Positions 53,277 through 63,586 are shown, counted from the first letter of the stretch. The stretch is DNA of 64,000 nt from Laetmonice hystrix (GCA_965235115.1 OZ249441.1:1612001-1676000), one strand, 5' to 3'. Notes: generated by a model not told the origin, from the sequence alone. A program made the numbers and translations.

Positions 53277-53682
53277 GTAAGTACAGCCACATACCGCTAC
53301 TGAATCCCAATATACAATGTGTCTGCTTTCATTTTTGTTATTTCATATATGTAACGTAGTTGATAACATACTATGTAATAATCTTGACTGTGAACATATT
53401 ATTTTGAATGGCCAAAATAGTATTGGCTACTGTTGTGTACTGTTATTGTACTGTTGTGCCCATAGGCCTGCTATAGGCCTATGCTACCACACTTTCAGGC
53501 CCGAGTAGCTGTGCTATAGGTTATTTCCCCCATGGTAACTTCCCCACAACCTTTTTGGGCAGGGAGTTATGGGTTAAGGTCAGTGATAGGGATAGGATAA
53601 TGATATGTTTTTGAGAGGTGTATACCTGACTTCAAACCCCACGTGCGCTTATTATTCTATGTATGCAACAAACTTTTTCCAG

Positions 53683-53897
53683 CTTCGCCAACTCGTTTGT
53701 GTATTACGGATTTTCAATGAACACTTCTAACCTGGCTGGCGACCCGTTCCTCAACTGTTTCCTCAGTGGCCTGGTCGACATACCTGTCGCTGCTTTCCTC
53801 TATTTCTGCTACGACCGCTTCCCCCGGGTCCCACTCTTCGCCACACTGATGTTGGCGGCAGGAGTCGCCCAAATGTTATCGCTCACCGTCTCGACAG
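53683..53897 (+). CDS. SLC22 exon 7 (FANSFVYYG...LTVST)
   Basis: tttttccag / gtaggc, 215 nt, phase 2-1. Confidence 0.92.
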
Positions 53898-54124
53898 GTA
53901 GGCATTACAAGTACATGTACATGTAATCACTGTAGGGCATCGTCAGTGGTACATCGCCCGTGATAACTTAAACCCCGCGAAATTTGGTCGAAACTAAAGA
54001 ACCATAGCCTGACTTTATCTCTAACCCCGGTCCCTACACCTCCCAAAAACATGTCCCTATTCCATCCCTATCCATGACCTTAAGCCGAACCCCTGGCAAA
54101 ACGTTTTGTTGGGAAGTTACGTGC

Positions 54125-54225
54125 AAGTGGTTCTGGCTGGAGGGGGATTCGAACCCAGACGTGACAGACCCTGTTGGTCAAGGAACCAGAGCTTTAGACC
54201 ACAGCACTGAGCTTTGCCCACCACA
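54125..54225 (-). mobile_element. tRNA-derived SINE head
   Basis: Minus strand A-box-like TGGTCTAAAGC (54201-54191) and B-box GGTTCGAATCCC (54155-54144). Confidence 0.6.
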
Positions 54226-54234
54226 AGCCATCGT

Positions 54235-54570
54235 CAGGGCCGTGCCCAGAGATTGGTGCAGGGGGGGGGGGGGGGGGGGTTACTGCCAATACTGGTGCAG
54301 GGGAGGGGGGTTATTCAATTCAATTCAATTCAATGGACTTTATTGCGGACACATCTACATAGTATGATAATACATAGAGGTCCATAGAAACTGGGAACTA
54401 AAGACTAAAGACTAAAGACTAGAACATCAGCTAACCAGAGCCAATGTGTAGCAAGTTACAGTGGACAGACCCAAGTGTTAGGACCTAAAAAAAACTAAAA
54501 ATAAAAAAATCTTTGGCACCCAGGGGGGGTTACAGACATCCACCCCCCCCCCCCCCTTGGCACGGCCCTG
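54235..54570. mobile_element. MITE, 336 bp, 5 bp TSD, carrying a retroposon 3' end with (ATTCA)n tail
   Basis: CAGGGCCGTGCC / GGCACGGCCCTG; ATCGT on both flanks; (ATTCA)4 at 54313-32 next to TTTATT. Confidence 0.85.
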
Positions 54571-54804
54571 ATCGTGGATTGCAGTATTTATGGCAAACAC
54601 CGTCCAACGACAGACCGACCAGCCTCACCATATACCTCTCAAGTACTGCACAGTGTATCGAAACCAGGTGTGAAAGGAATGGAGATCTGTCGGATCTAGA
54701 TTCCCTGGTTATGCAGGTCCTGGGTAATCACCTTTGTGGTATGAGATATTATGATAGAATTCTGCAGTTCGTCGTCACATATACTCAGTAGGCCTATAGG
54801 GTCT

Positions 54805-55850
54805 GACGACAGGTAATCACTGTAGGGCGTCACGACAGGTATAATCACTGTAGGGCGTCACGACAGGTACTCACTGTAGGGCGTCACGACAGGTACTCAC
54901 TGTAGGGCGTCACGACAGGTACTCACTGTAGGGCGTCACGACAGGTACTCACTGTAGGGCGTCACGACAGGTAATCACTGTAGGGCGTCACCACAGGTAC
55001 TCACTGTAGGGCGTCACCACAGGTAATCACTGTAGGGCGTCACCACAGGTAATCACTGTAGGGTGTCACCACAGGTACTCACTGTAGGGCGTCACCACAG
55101 GTACTCACTGTAGGGCGTCACCACAGGTACTCACTGTAGGGCGTCGCGACAGGTAATCACTGTAGGGCGTCACCACAGGTACTCACTGTAGGGCGTCACG
55201 ACAGGTACTCACTGTAGGGCGTCACCACAGGTAATCACTGTAGGGCGTCACGACAGGTATAATCACTGTAGGGCGTCACGACAGGTACTCACTGTAGGGC
55301 GTCATCACAGGTACTCACTGTAGGGCGTCACGACAGGTAATCACTGTAGGGCGTCACGACAGGTACTCACTGTAGGGCGTCACCACAGGTAATCACTGTA
55401 GGGCGTCACGACAGGTATAATCACTGTAGGGCGTCACCACAGGTACTCACTGTAGGGCGTCACCACAGGTAATCACTGTAGGGCGTCACCACAGGTAATC
55501 ACTGTAGGGCGTCACCACAGGTAATCACTGTAGGGCGTCACCACAGGAACTCACTGTAGGGCGTCACCACAGGTAATCACTGTAGGGCGTCATCACAGGT
55601 AATCACTGTAGGGCGTCATCACAGGTAATCACTGTAGGGCGTCATCACAGGTAATCACTGTAGGGCGTCATCACAGGTAATCACTGTAGGGCGTCACCAC
55701 AGGTACTCACTGTTGGGCGTCACCACATGTAGGCCTACTCACTGTAGGGCATCACCACAGGTAATCACTGTAGGGCGTCATCACAGGTAATCACTGTAGG
55801 GCGTCACCACAGGTAATCACTGTAGGGCGTCACGACAGGTAATCACTGTA
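54805..55850 (+). repeat. 26 bp minisatellite, about 40 copies, related to the exon 7 donor junction
   Basis: cgtca(c/t)(g/c)aCAG|GTA(a/c)tcactgtaggg. Confidence 0.96.
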
Positions 55851-56415
55851 CGGCCTATGTCGGAGATCAAACATCCCATCCCATACGGACACGTTTCGGA
55901 GACAGAATTTAAAAAAAAAAGCTCCATGTTTGTGTCCGTGACAGGCCCATCACTAGCCTGGTGCCCTGTGCCTACCATACGCATCCCCTATGTTAGGCCG
56001 GGTGATGGCTAACAGAAAGCTGCGAAACGGAAGTGATTAATCTTCAAGCACTTCCGCTTCCGTTCTGTTGGTCAGCGTTAACAGAGTGACCGACTTCTGC
56101 TTGGAGCGTGGCCGGGAGTGGCCAACATGCCACTGCGTATGCAGACCGTAGCAGGTGTGGGGACTGATGACGCTATGTTTAGGCCTACATCCAGAAAAGC
56201 GAGGACATTTAACACTTGTATTTTAAAGGGATTGATGAAAATATCTGTATCTTGTTGGAGAAATACGGAGGGTACGGAACCACCTCGTTTGCGTCCATGT
56301 TTTCGATGGGCCAATCACAACGCTCGCTTCGATTGGCCTTCACCAGGCTCAATATAGGCCTACGTAGTCAATATAGAGCTGGGGACCAGGCCAGCCCATC
56401 ACCGGAATATATGTC

Positions 56416-56539
56416 CAGGGCCGTAGCCTGGCCCAAATGCGTGGGGGGGGGGGGGGGGTTAAAAAAACACAAAAAAAACTGGAAATCCCAGGGGGCAGCT
56501 GCCCCCCTGCCCCCCCCCCCCCCGCAGGCTACGGCCCTG
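56416..56539. mobile_element. Short MITE (124 bp)
   Basis: 15 bp perfect TIR CAGGGCCGTAGCCTG / CAGGCTACGGCCCTG with internal poly-G/poly-C; TSD not clean. Confidence 0.8.
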
Positions 56540-56650
56540 TGTACTAATATATATATAGTCCTAAACTCAATAAACAGCAATAAACATCAATGTCAGACCT
56601 TGTGTCGGCCTATTTATGTTGTTTTTTGATAAAAGACAACTTGTTTGCAG

Positions 56651-56835
56651 ACGAGCTGTGGTGGCTAACGGTGTCAATGTCCATGGTAGGCAAACTGTTC
56701 ATCGCGGCCACATTCCTCATCACGTGGCTCGTGGTAACGGAAGTCTTTCCCACGGCTGTGCGGGGGGTCGGGTTAGGCCTGACAAACAGTGCCGCCCGAC
56801 TGGCTGCCTTTGTGGCTGCCTATGTGGGCATGTTG
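56651..56835 (+). CDS. SLC22 exon 8 (DELWW...GKLF...EVFPTAVRG...AARLAAF...GML)
   Basis: ttgtttgcag / gtaagc, 185 nt, phase 1-0. Confidence 0.93.
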
Positions 56836-57075
56836 GTAAGCTCGTGAACTCGTTCACCGGTCATTCTGCAATAGGTTAATTTGTTAAATTATTCTTACTT
56901 TTGAATTATGATTGCATGAATTTGTATTCAAGAAGGTTGCCTTAATATAAACGGCGTTATTTTTACATAAATAGCCGAAAGTAATTTGGGTTGCCATATG
57001 AGCTGGCCATGTGTAGGCAGACCATCAGAAACCATACAAGGCAAACGCTCTAACCTATTACGTTGTTCTTTACAG

Positions 57076-57233
57076 GGACGTATCCACCCGTCACTGCCCG
57101 TGATAGTGTTTGCCAGTTCAGCCCTCCTGGCTGGTTCTTTGGTTCTCATTCTTCCCGAAACTCGCGGAGTTGTCCTGCCTCAGACTGTCGACGAAGGCGA
57201 ACGATTTCTGGCCGCACATATGTTCGATATCTG
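57076..57233 (+). CDS. SLC22 exon 9 (GRIHPSLP...LPETRG...MFDI); alternatively reads on to a stop at 57246
   Basis: ttctttacag acceptor; LPET motif; weak donor gtgcgc. Confidence 0.85.
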
Positions 57234-57486
57234 GTGCGCTAAATGATTTCTCTCGTCTACATTTGTGTATATATGGTTATTTGGAGAAACGCAGGAACCC
57301 AATAACAACCTAAAAGGCAAATCGTTACCAGTGTTTTCTTTGTTTTAACGATTTATGATAGAATACCGACATATTGATTATTTATTATCATATTATATTT
57401 TGTAGAATCTTTTTATCACTTACGGCATTTTTCTCTGAGGTATTTTACCAATATCTACATATATATCGGCTCTCTTTACATTGCAG

Positions 57487-57559
57487 TCGTTCGAAGCGTA
57501 TCAAACACGGTCAGCATCCAGAGGCTAACGAGCAGCACCATCCAACGAGCAATATCTAA
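57487..57559 (+). CDS. SLC22 probable last exon (RSKRIKHGQHPEANEQHHPTSNI*)
   Basis: Pyrimidine-rich acceptor ctctctttacattgcag; in phase with exon 9 (158+73 nt = 77 codons). Confidence 0.55.
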
Positions 57560-57791
57560 ATTTAATATCGAAATATTTTTATATCGCCTAGCTTTTGTCA
57601 TCAGTAGATCACTAGGCCAAAGTAACGGCACATACCTCTCATCAGGGCCAATCGTAAAGTTGCATTGTCTCGAGAAAAACGGAGTCATACTTTAACAAAA
57701 GTACTGCTAGTAATACTGTAGTAAGTGAGGCATTATTCCCTGCTAAATCGGATGGTTTCATCGCCGTATTGGATCATACCTGATCATACTA

Positions 57792-57995
57792 CAGTGGGGG
57801 ATCAAGGATTTTGATAAGGGGGGGTGGGGGGAACCAGGATTTTAATAAGGGTAAGCCCATCAGGACTTTGATAAGGGGGGGCTACCTAAATTTTTTGCCT
57901 CGTTATGCTCGGCTTTTGATTTTGACTGTACTAATGCATCTTCATCGAACCAAAAAAAAAAAGGGAAAATCTAAGGGGGCCCTAGATCCCCACTG
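57792..57995. mobile_element. MITE, 204 bp, 5 bp TSD
   Basis: CAGTGGGGGATC / GATCCCCACTG; TACTA on both flanks. Confidence 0.85.
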
Positions 57996-58587
57996 TACTA
58001 TGCAATATTCGGCGGCATGTAGAAAAGCCGCTACATCGACACAGGTATGACACTAAGAGTTTGTAGGTACGGTCGCACCACACGCCTTTGTATCTTGTTG
58101 TATATAGACCTAGAGATGTACATTGTATACAAATTTCCGTAATCTAGCCTTTTTCGTAAAGACCTAAAATCAAATAAACATATTACTCGTTTCCAGATTA
58201 CAAACCCTGTCTTTCCGTCAACCCATTTATTATACCTTTGTTTTGTACCATTGATGGAAGGACGACCAATGAATGCGTTGTGATAATCTTTCACGAATGT
58301 AGCCGACAAGTTACACTAGTGTCACAATAGTGTGGATGGTATCCGAGTTGTGTAGCAGAAGATTGAACAAAGTTAGGTCAGCAAGGAAGCATCATCTTTA
58401 TTCCTGACAGCTTGATTCTATGTACAAATTCCAAACGTTATACTGAGACATACAACAGACAGCGGAGGTGTCGCAGTTTATGAAAGAGACTTGAAATCAT
58501 TGTTAACACAGTTCCACCACCCCGGAACTGTTTCAAAAGTTCCCGATTGTATGCAATACAATGTATGTATTAACGGCATCTTCCTAA

Positions 58588-58673
58588 TGTGTTCTTCTCC
58601 CTTGTAAACACCTTTCCCACCACTCTACTGTGTGTTCTTCTCCCTTGTAAACACCTTTCCCACCACTCTACTG
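58588..58673. repeat. Perfect 43 bp tandem duplication
   Basis: tgtgttcttctcccttgtaaacacctttcccaccactctactg twice. Confidence 0.93.
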
Positions 58674-59494
58674 TCGTGGTCGTCCATAACGGAATGATTT
58701 TACAGTCAAAATAGCAGCAACTCATTTTAAAGTACACAATGTATTTACAATTTATATATTTCGACGACATTCCTTTAATAAACAGTCCGTTAAATTTTAA
58801 AATGACACAAAATCAGAAAAAGATCTCCCTAGAGCTAGTAATGACGTGATTTATAACCTCAACCAAGGAACGAGTCCCCACTCCCTCCTTAAAAACAGAA
58901 TTTTCACATCTCAACTGCAATATAGCGATGAGATTCCAGTCTTGATCAAAACAGATCATGATTATTTCTGATTGTGAAAATAGATTTCCCGCTAAAATAA
59001 TGCTAGCCACTGTGTTGTCAAAATTGTCTCTTCAAAATTGTCTCGATACTTTTACATAATTATGACTGTATGCAATGGATATTGTATTTTCATAGAAAAC
59101 GAATCCAGTTTAAAATCTGACTGGAAACCATTATACATTTTAATATGGCAACTAGTGCTGCAAGTGGATGACTTCTTTTAATGAAAACGTATACTATGGC
59201 AAACACATCCCATCCCACGCCGTCTCCGTACCAAACCTTATCACTGTGTAGTCTGTGGACTACACATGTATTTGAAATAAGACCAATGCGTTGTTTGTCC
59301 CCATTTTTATGACATTATATAACATTGCTCCATTGGAGAGAAGAAAACCTCACAATTCCTGCATCTTTTGTTGTAATGGTACATTAAACATCACTTTCAC
59401 TCTTAACTTGATTGGCCATTACCCTCACACACCTGTCACCTTTAACAGCTCCAACCCCTGATGTACAAGTCTTCGGTGCGTTTGTTTACGACTC

Positions 59495-59602
59495 TCATGA
59501 GAATGTAGCCAAGTGAGCAGGCATTGGTTTCCCATCGTGCCGCAGTACGATAGGTCCTTTATAATAACGCCAGAACATACTGGAACCACGCTTGATGTTA
59601 CC
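59495..59602 (-). CDS. MTCH2: MTCH2 last exon (GNIKRGSSMFWR...ATFS*)
   Basis: gtttgcctgcag acceptor; TGA at 59497-95. Confidence 0.9.
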   Translation of the reverse strand, partial: GNIKRGSSMFWRYYKGPIVLRHDGKPMPAHLATFS

Positions 59603-59726
59603 CTGCAGGCAAACAAAGCATTCAAATTAAAAAAATATCTGCAACCTGCAATGCAATGTCTTGCTGGATTTGTATTGTTTAGACATGAAAACCATGAAGA
59701 CAGTACTAATATTATTATATACCAAC

Positions 59727-59802
59727 CTCTTTAAGAAGTGATGAAAAGCACTTCGTCCAGCTAGCATAATTTGGCATATGAGGTGGAGATCCAGCAGCTA
59801 AC
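59727..59802 (-). CDS. MTCH2: MTCH2 exon (LAAGSPPHMPNYASWTKCFSSLLKE)
   Basis: gatttgtag / gttggt, 76 nt, phase 2-0. Confidence 0.9.
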
Positions 59803-60001
59803 CTACAAATCCAATGTATAAGTTATACATAAGGTAAACAATAATCTCTGTTGCCTTTAACACAGGTATTATAACTTCATGACTTTTCCATAGTAAACCT
59901 CCCAAATTTCATGACCAATTCCGAATAAAATTAATCGAATACATTAAAATCCCAGAATTATCCCCTAGTACATCGTGAAGCTTTATAATTTAGGCCCAAC
60001 A

Positions 60002-60435
60002 CAGGGTGTATCCACTAGGTTTCAATATTTTTTCCATGACTTTTTCATGACTTTTCCATGCCCAAAGCTATAAAATCAAGGACCTTTTTACATGCTTCGT
60101 GGTATGAAAGAGACATGTGCTGAGGCAAGGAGGAAGGGTCAGACAGGCCATGATTTGGAGTCAATTGGAATAGAATGTGATGAAAGATTAAATCACAGTG
60201 ACTTTAATTATATGTCATAATACAACCAACTCTGATTGACACTTAAAACCTAACAAAATCACAATGGCATATCAAGAAAGTAACAACGCCGTTTTGCGAA
60301 AGCATGCCTTTTAATTTCCATGACTTTTCAATGACCTCAGCCCAAAATAAGTCAATTTCCATGACTTTTACAGGCCTGGAAAAAAAAAAGGAATTCCATG
60401 ACTTTTCCAGGTTTTCCATGACTGGATACACCCTG
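60002..60435. mobile_element. MITE, 434 bp, 6 bp TSD, within remains of a related element (to about 60579)
   Basis: CAGGGTGTATCCA / TGGATACACCCTG; CCAACA on both flanks; tttccatgac subterminal repeats inside and outside. Confidence 0.88.
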
Positions 60436-60666
60436 CCAACACTAACAGAAACAAAAATGTGGTTCAGGAGAAATGTCAAATTCCATGCCTTTTTCATGAC
60501 TTTCCCTAGTTTTTCTATTTTCCATGACTTTGAAAACCAAATTTTATTTCCATGACTTTTCATGACAGTTGGAACCCCGCAATATCTTTTGTATCAAACT
60601 TTCCCCATTACAGCTACACTGCTTACACAAATAATGTCTATCGTGGCTGTCAGAGAAGGTAACACC

Positions 60667-61570
60667 TCCTTACCCACAGCCTACATTGGAAACCTACTTA
60701 CCCACAGCCACTGACTGCCATGACATTGGAGACCTACTTACCCACAGCCACTGACTGCCATGACATTGGAGACCTACTTACCCACAGCCACTGACTGCCA
60801 TGACATTGGAGACCTACTTACCCACAGCCACTGACTGCCATTACATTGGAGACCTACTTACCCACAGCCTACATTGGAAACCTACTTACCCACAGCCACT
60901 GACTGCCATGACATTGGAGACCTACTTACCCATAGCCACTGACTGCCATGACATTGGAGACCTACTTACCCACAGCCACTGACTGCCATGACATTGGAGA
61001 CCTACTTACCCACATTGGAGACCTACTTACCCACAGCCACTGACTGCCATGACATTGGAGACCTACTTACCCACAGCCACTGACTGCCATGACATTGGAG
61101 ACCTACTTACCCACAGCCACTGACTGCCATAACATTTGAGACCTACTTACCCACAGCCTACATTGGAGACCTACTTACCCACAGCCACTGACTGCCATGA
61201 CATTGGAGACCTACTTACCCACAGCCACTGACTGCCATGACATTGGAGACCTACTTACCCACAGCCACTGACTGCCATGACATTGGAGACCTACTTACCC
61301 GCAGCCACTGACTGCCATGACATTGGAGACCTACTTACCTGCAGCCACTGACTGCCATGACATTGGAGACCTACTTACCCACAGCCACTGACTGCCATGA
61401 CATTGGAGACCTACTTACCCACAGCCACTGACTGCCACGACATTGGAGACCTACTTACCCACAGCCACTGACTGCCACGACATTGGAGACCTACTTACCC
61501 GCAGCCACTGACTGCCATGACATTGGAGACCTACTTACCCACAGCCACTGACTGCCATGACATTGGAGAC
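60667..61570 (-). repeat. 40 bp tandem array of the MTCH2 exon 3' end plus donor site, 24 donor copies
   Basis: Minus strand gtctccaatgtcatggcagtcagtggctgTGG|GTAAGTAG; 28 and 21 bp variants. Confidence 0.97.
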
Positions 61571-61742
61571 CAGAGAGAAGGGATATGTAATCTGGGTGAC
61601 CATCATTGTACACAGCGCGTTGGTGTAGGATTTAATCCCCTTCGGTTCTGTCTTGGGCAGCACATACTGGTTTAGGGCATGGACCACAAGGTTAACCAAC
61701 CAAATGGTCAGAGCCTCTCCAACTAGCCGTGGGACTATGCCA
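61539..61742 (-). CDS. MTCH2: MTCH2 exon (GIVPRLVGE...YPFSLVSNVMAVSGC)
   Basis: ttccatgatag / gtaagt, 204 nt, phase 2-2. Confidence 0.92.
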
Positions 61743-62062
61743 CTATCATGGAAAAACATGTACATGCATGAAAGTGTATGTTTTATTGCATGGAAGGGCA
61801 TTACCACTAATCCTCAGGACGAGACTGAATACTCCTGATTCATATACATTAATTATATCTTTACACTTACAGCTGTACAAGGCTACGTTAGGCTCCACCG
61901 AGATTACTGTGTAAAGTCTTATCACTTTTCTCAACTGATAATAGGTAACAATATAAAAAAGATAAAATACTCAATACATGTACACATGTATGTTTGATTG
62001 ATCTGTGGCAGAATATCATAGGATCAACACTAACAAAAGTACATTTTGCCCCAAACACTTAC

Positions 62063-62122
62063 GCAAAAAATCCAAGGATGCCTTCATCATTATAAATCTT
62101 AACAACAGCTGACAGTATGTTG
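62063..62122 (-). CDS. MTCH2: MTCH2 exon (NILSAVVKIYNDEGILGFF)
   Basis: gtgtttcag / gtaagt, 60 nt, phase 2-2. Confidence 0.9.
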
Positions 62123-62290
62123 CTGAAACACAAACGTTAGTCATCGTAGTTTCCATATAAACATAACATTCAATAAATCTACATACTTTGACATTACATT
62201 CCAAGAAAATTAAAAAAAAATGTTCTTATTTGTAGCAAATAACAAACTGTCAGTATTAAAGCAAGTCTGTATATGTATTTAATTACTCAC

Positions 62291-62342
62291 TTGTACTCTG
62301 TCTCTCCCCCTACAAACTGTGCCATTGTTCGAAGCATGATAA
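62291..62342 (-). CDS. MTCH2: MTCH2 exon (IMLRTMAQFVGGETEY)
   Basis: ttgtgtag / gtgagt, 52 nt, phase 1-2. Confidence 0.9.
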
Positions 62343-62521
62343 CTACACAACAAAAATTTCAATTTGTTACAAATCAAAGATAGAGAGATATCTGTTCAAG
62401 TGTAGACACCACTGGAAGAACTCAAAAACATCTCATAAATAATCATTTCAAGGAGACAATTCTTTCTACCCGTAAACTTAGCCGATACATTTGATAGAGA
62501 AACCCATGGTTTGAGACATAC

Positions 62522-62579
62522 CATGACAAGGCTGACTGGCAATAACACCTGCACATCTTGATATCATCTCATGAGATGT
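62522..62579 (-). CDS. MTCH2: MTCH2 exon (TSHEMISRCAGVIASQPCH)
   Basis: ttccatgacag / gtatgt, 58 nt, phase 0-1. Confidence 0.9.
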
Positions 62580-62964
62580 CTGTCATGGAAAAACAAACAT
62601 CTTCAATTATTCACGCAAGGTAGTACATATGGAATTTGACAAAACTTTGGTAAACTTTGTATGATTTTCTCGAGCTAGTGCCAATGTGCCCATTTCAATA
62701 TTCCGCTAGATTTCAACTTGCTATATCACTCTGCGAGGCCAGTTTTCCAATTTTTTCCCACTATCCTAAAACATGTCAATACTGGCAGGGAACAATACTT
62801 TATCCCAAATGCATTTCATAAATTTCTAGTCACAAGAAAAGCAAAAATTCATAGAGCTAAGTATAAATTCAAAACAGTTTGATAATGACTAGCTTTTAAT
62901 CTGTAATAACCTGTTGACAATCTAAGGACCACAACCTGTCTGAATATCGCTAGAAGAATCTTAC

Positions 62965-63051
62965 CTCATGGCACACCCGCTTGAAGGTTTCAAATGCTTC
63001 TTCATCCTCATCAATCTCAGTCTCTGGGATAGCATGTGCTGTCTTCAAATG
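62965..63051 (-). CDS. MTCH2: MTCH2 exon (HLKTAHAIPETEIDEDEEAFETFKRVCHE)
   Basis: ggccgcag / gtaaga, 87 nt, phase 0-0. Confidence 0.85.
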
Positions 63052-63384
63052 CTGCGGCCATAGGGCAATAAGCAGTTAAAATTTAAAAAATAGATGAAGA
63101 TTTTTGAAGGGTACCGGTATATTACATCTGGTGTCAAAAATTGGCAATGCCTCCTGACTCAGAGCATGTTCTTGCCAATAATTGGATAAGCAAAAAAAAA
63201 ATGGTACCAACATGGACAGAGGGGAGGGTGGTGAGCATATTTAGCACTTGTTTGTAAATGCCAGAACTGTGCCACATGATATTTTTCCGTTGATAGCTAC
63301 CTCAATGGAAAATACTGCACCGCCAGTGTTTGTTGCAAAGATTATGACCTAATACAGATAGAAGACTTCTTTTGTTTCACTTAC

Positions 63385-63491
63385 AAACGCAACAGAACTG
63401 GTAACACTGCTGCCGATTACACCCCCGAGTAACCTTGCACTCAATCCACGATACATGCCCAGGAATCCATCAGTTTTCCTTATGTGACCCA
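63385..63491 (-). CDS. MTCH2: MTCH2 exon (GHIRKTDGFLGMYRGLSARL...VAF)
   Basis: ttctttcag / gtaagt, 107 nt, phase 1-0. Confidence 0.92.
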
Positions 63492-63586
63492 CTGAAAGAA
63501 TAAGTTATTTTTTTATCTCACAAATTTCAATGGATCTATGAGTCCTGACATAAGAAATACAAATAAATAGGAACTCCTATACTTAC

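Larger units (their letters stand above)
48333..57559 (+). other. SLC22-family (organic cation/anion/carnitine transporter-like) MFS gene, 10 exons, about 569 aa
   Basis: Exons total 1710 nt in phase; family motifs large Cys/N-glycosylated loop 1, EWGLVC, DTFGRRP, LPESPRWL, EVFPT, LPET. Subfamily not assignable by eye. Confidence 0.93.

Noticed and set aside
58031-58309. 92 aa minus-strand ORF between SLC22 and MTCH2 as a gene
   Set aside because: No recognisable domain or splice support; lies in the probable 3' UTR zone.
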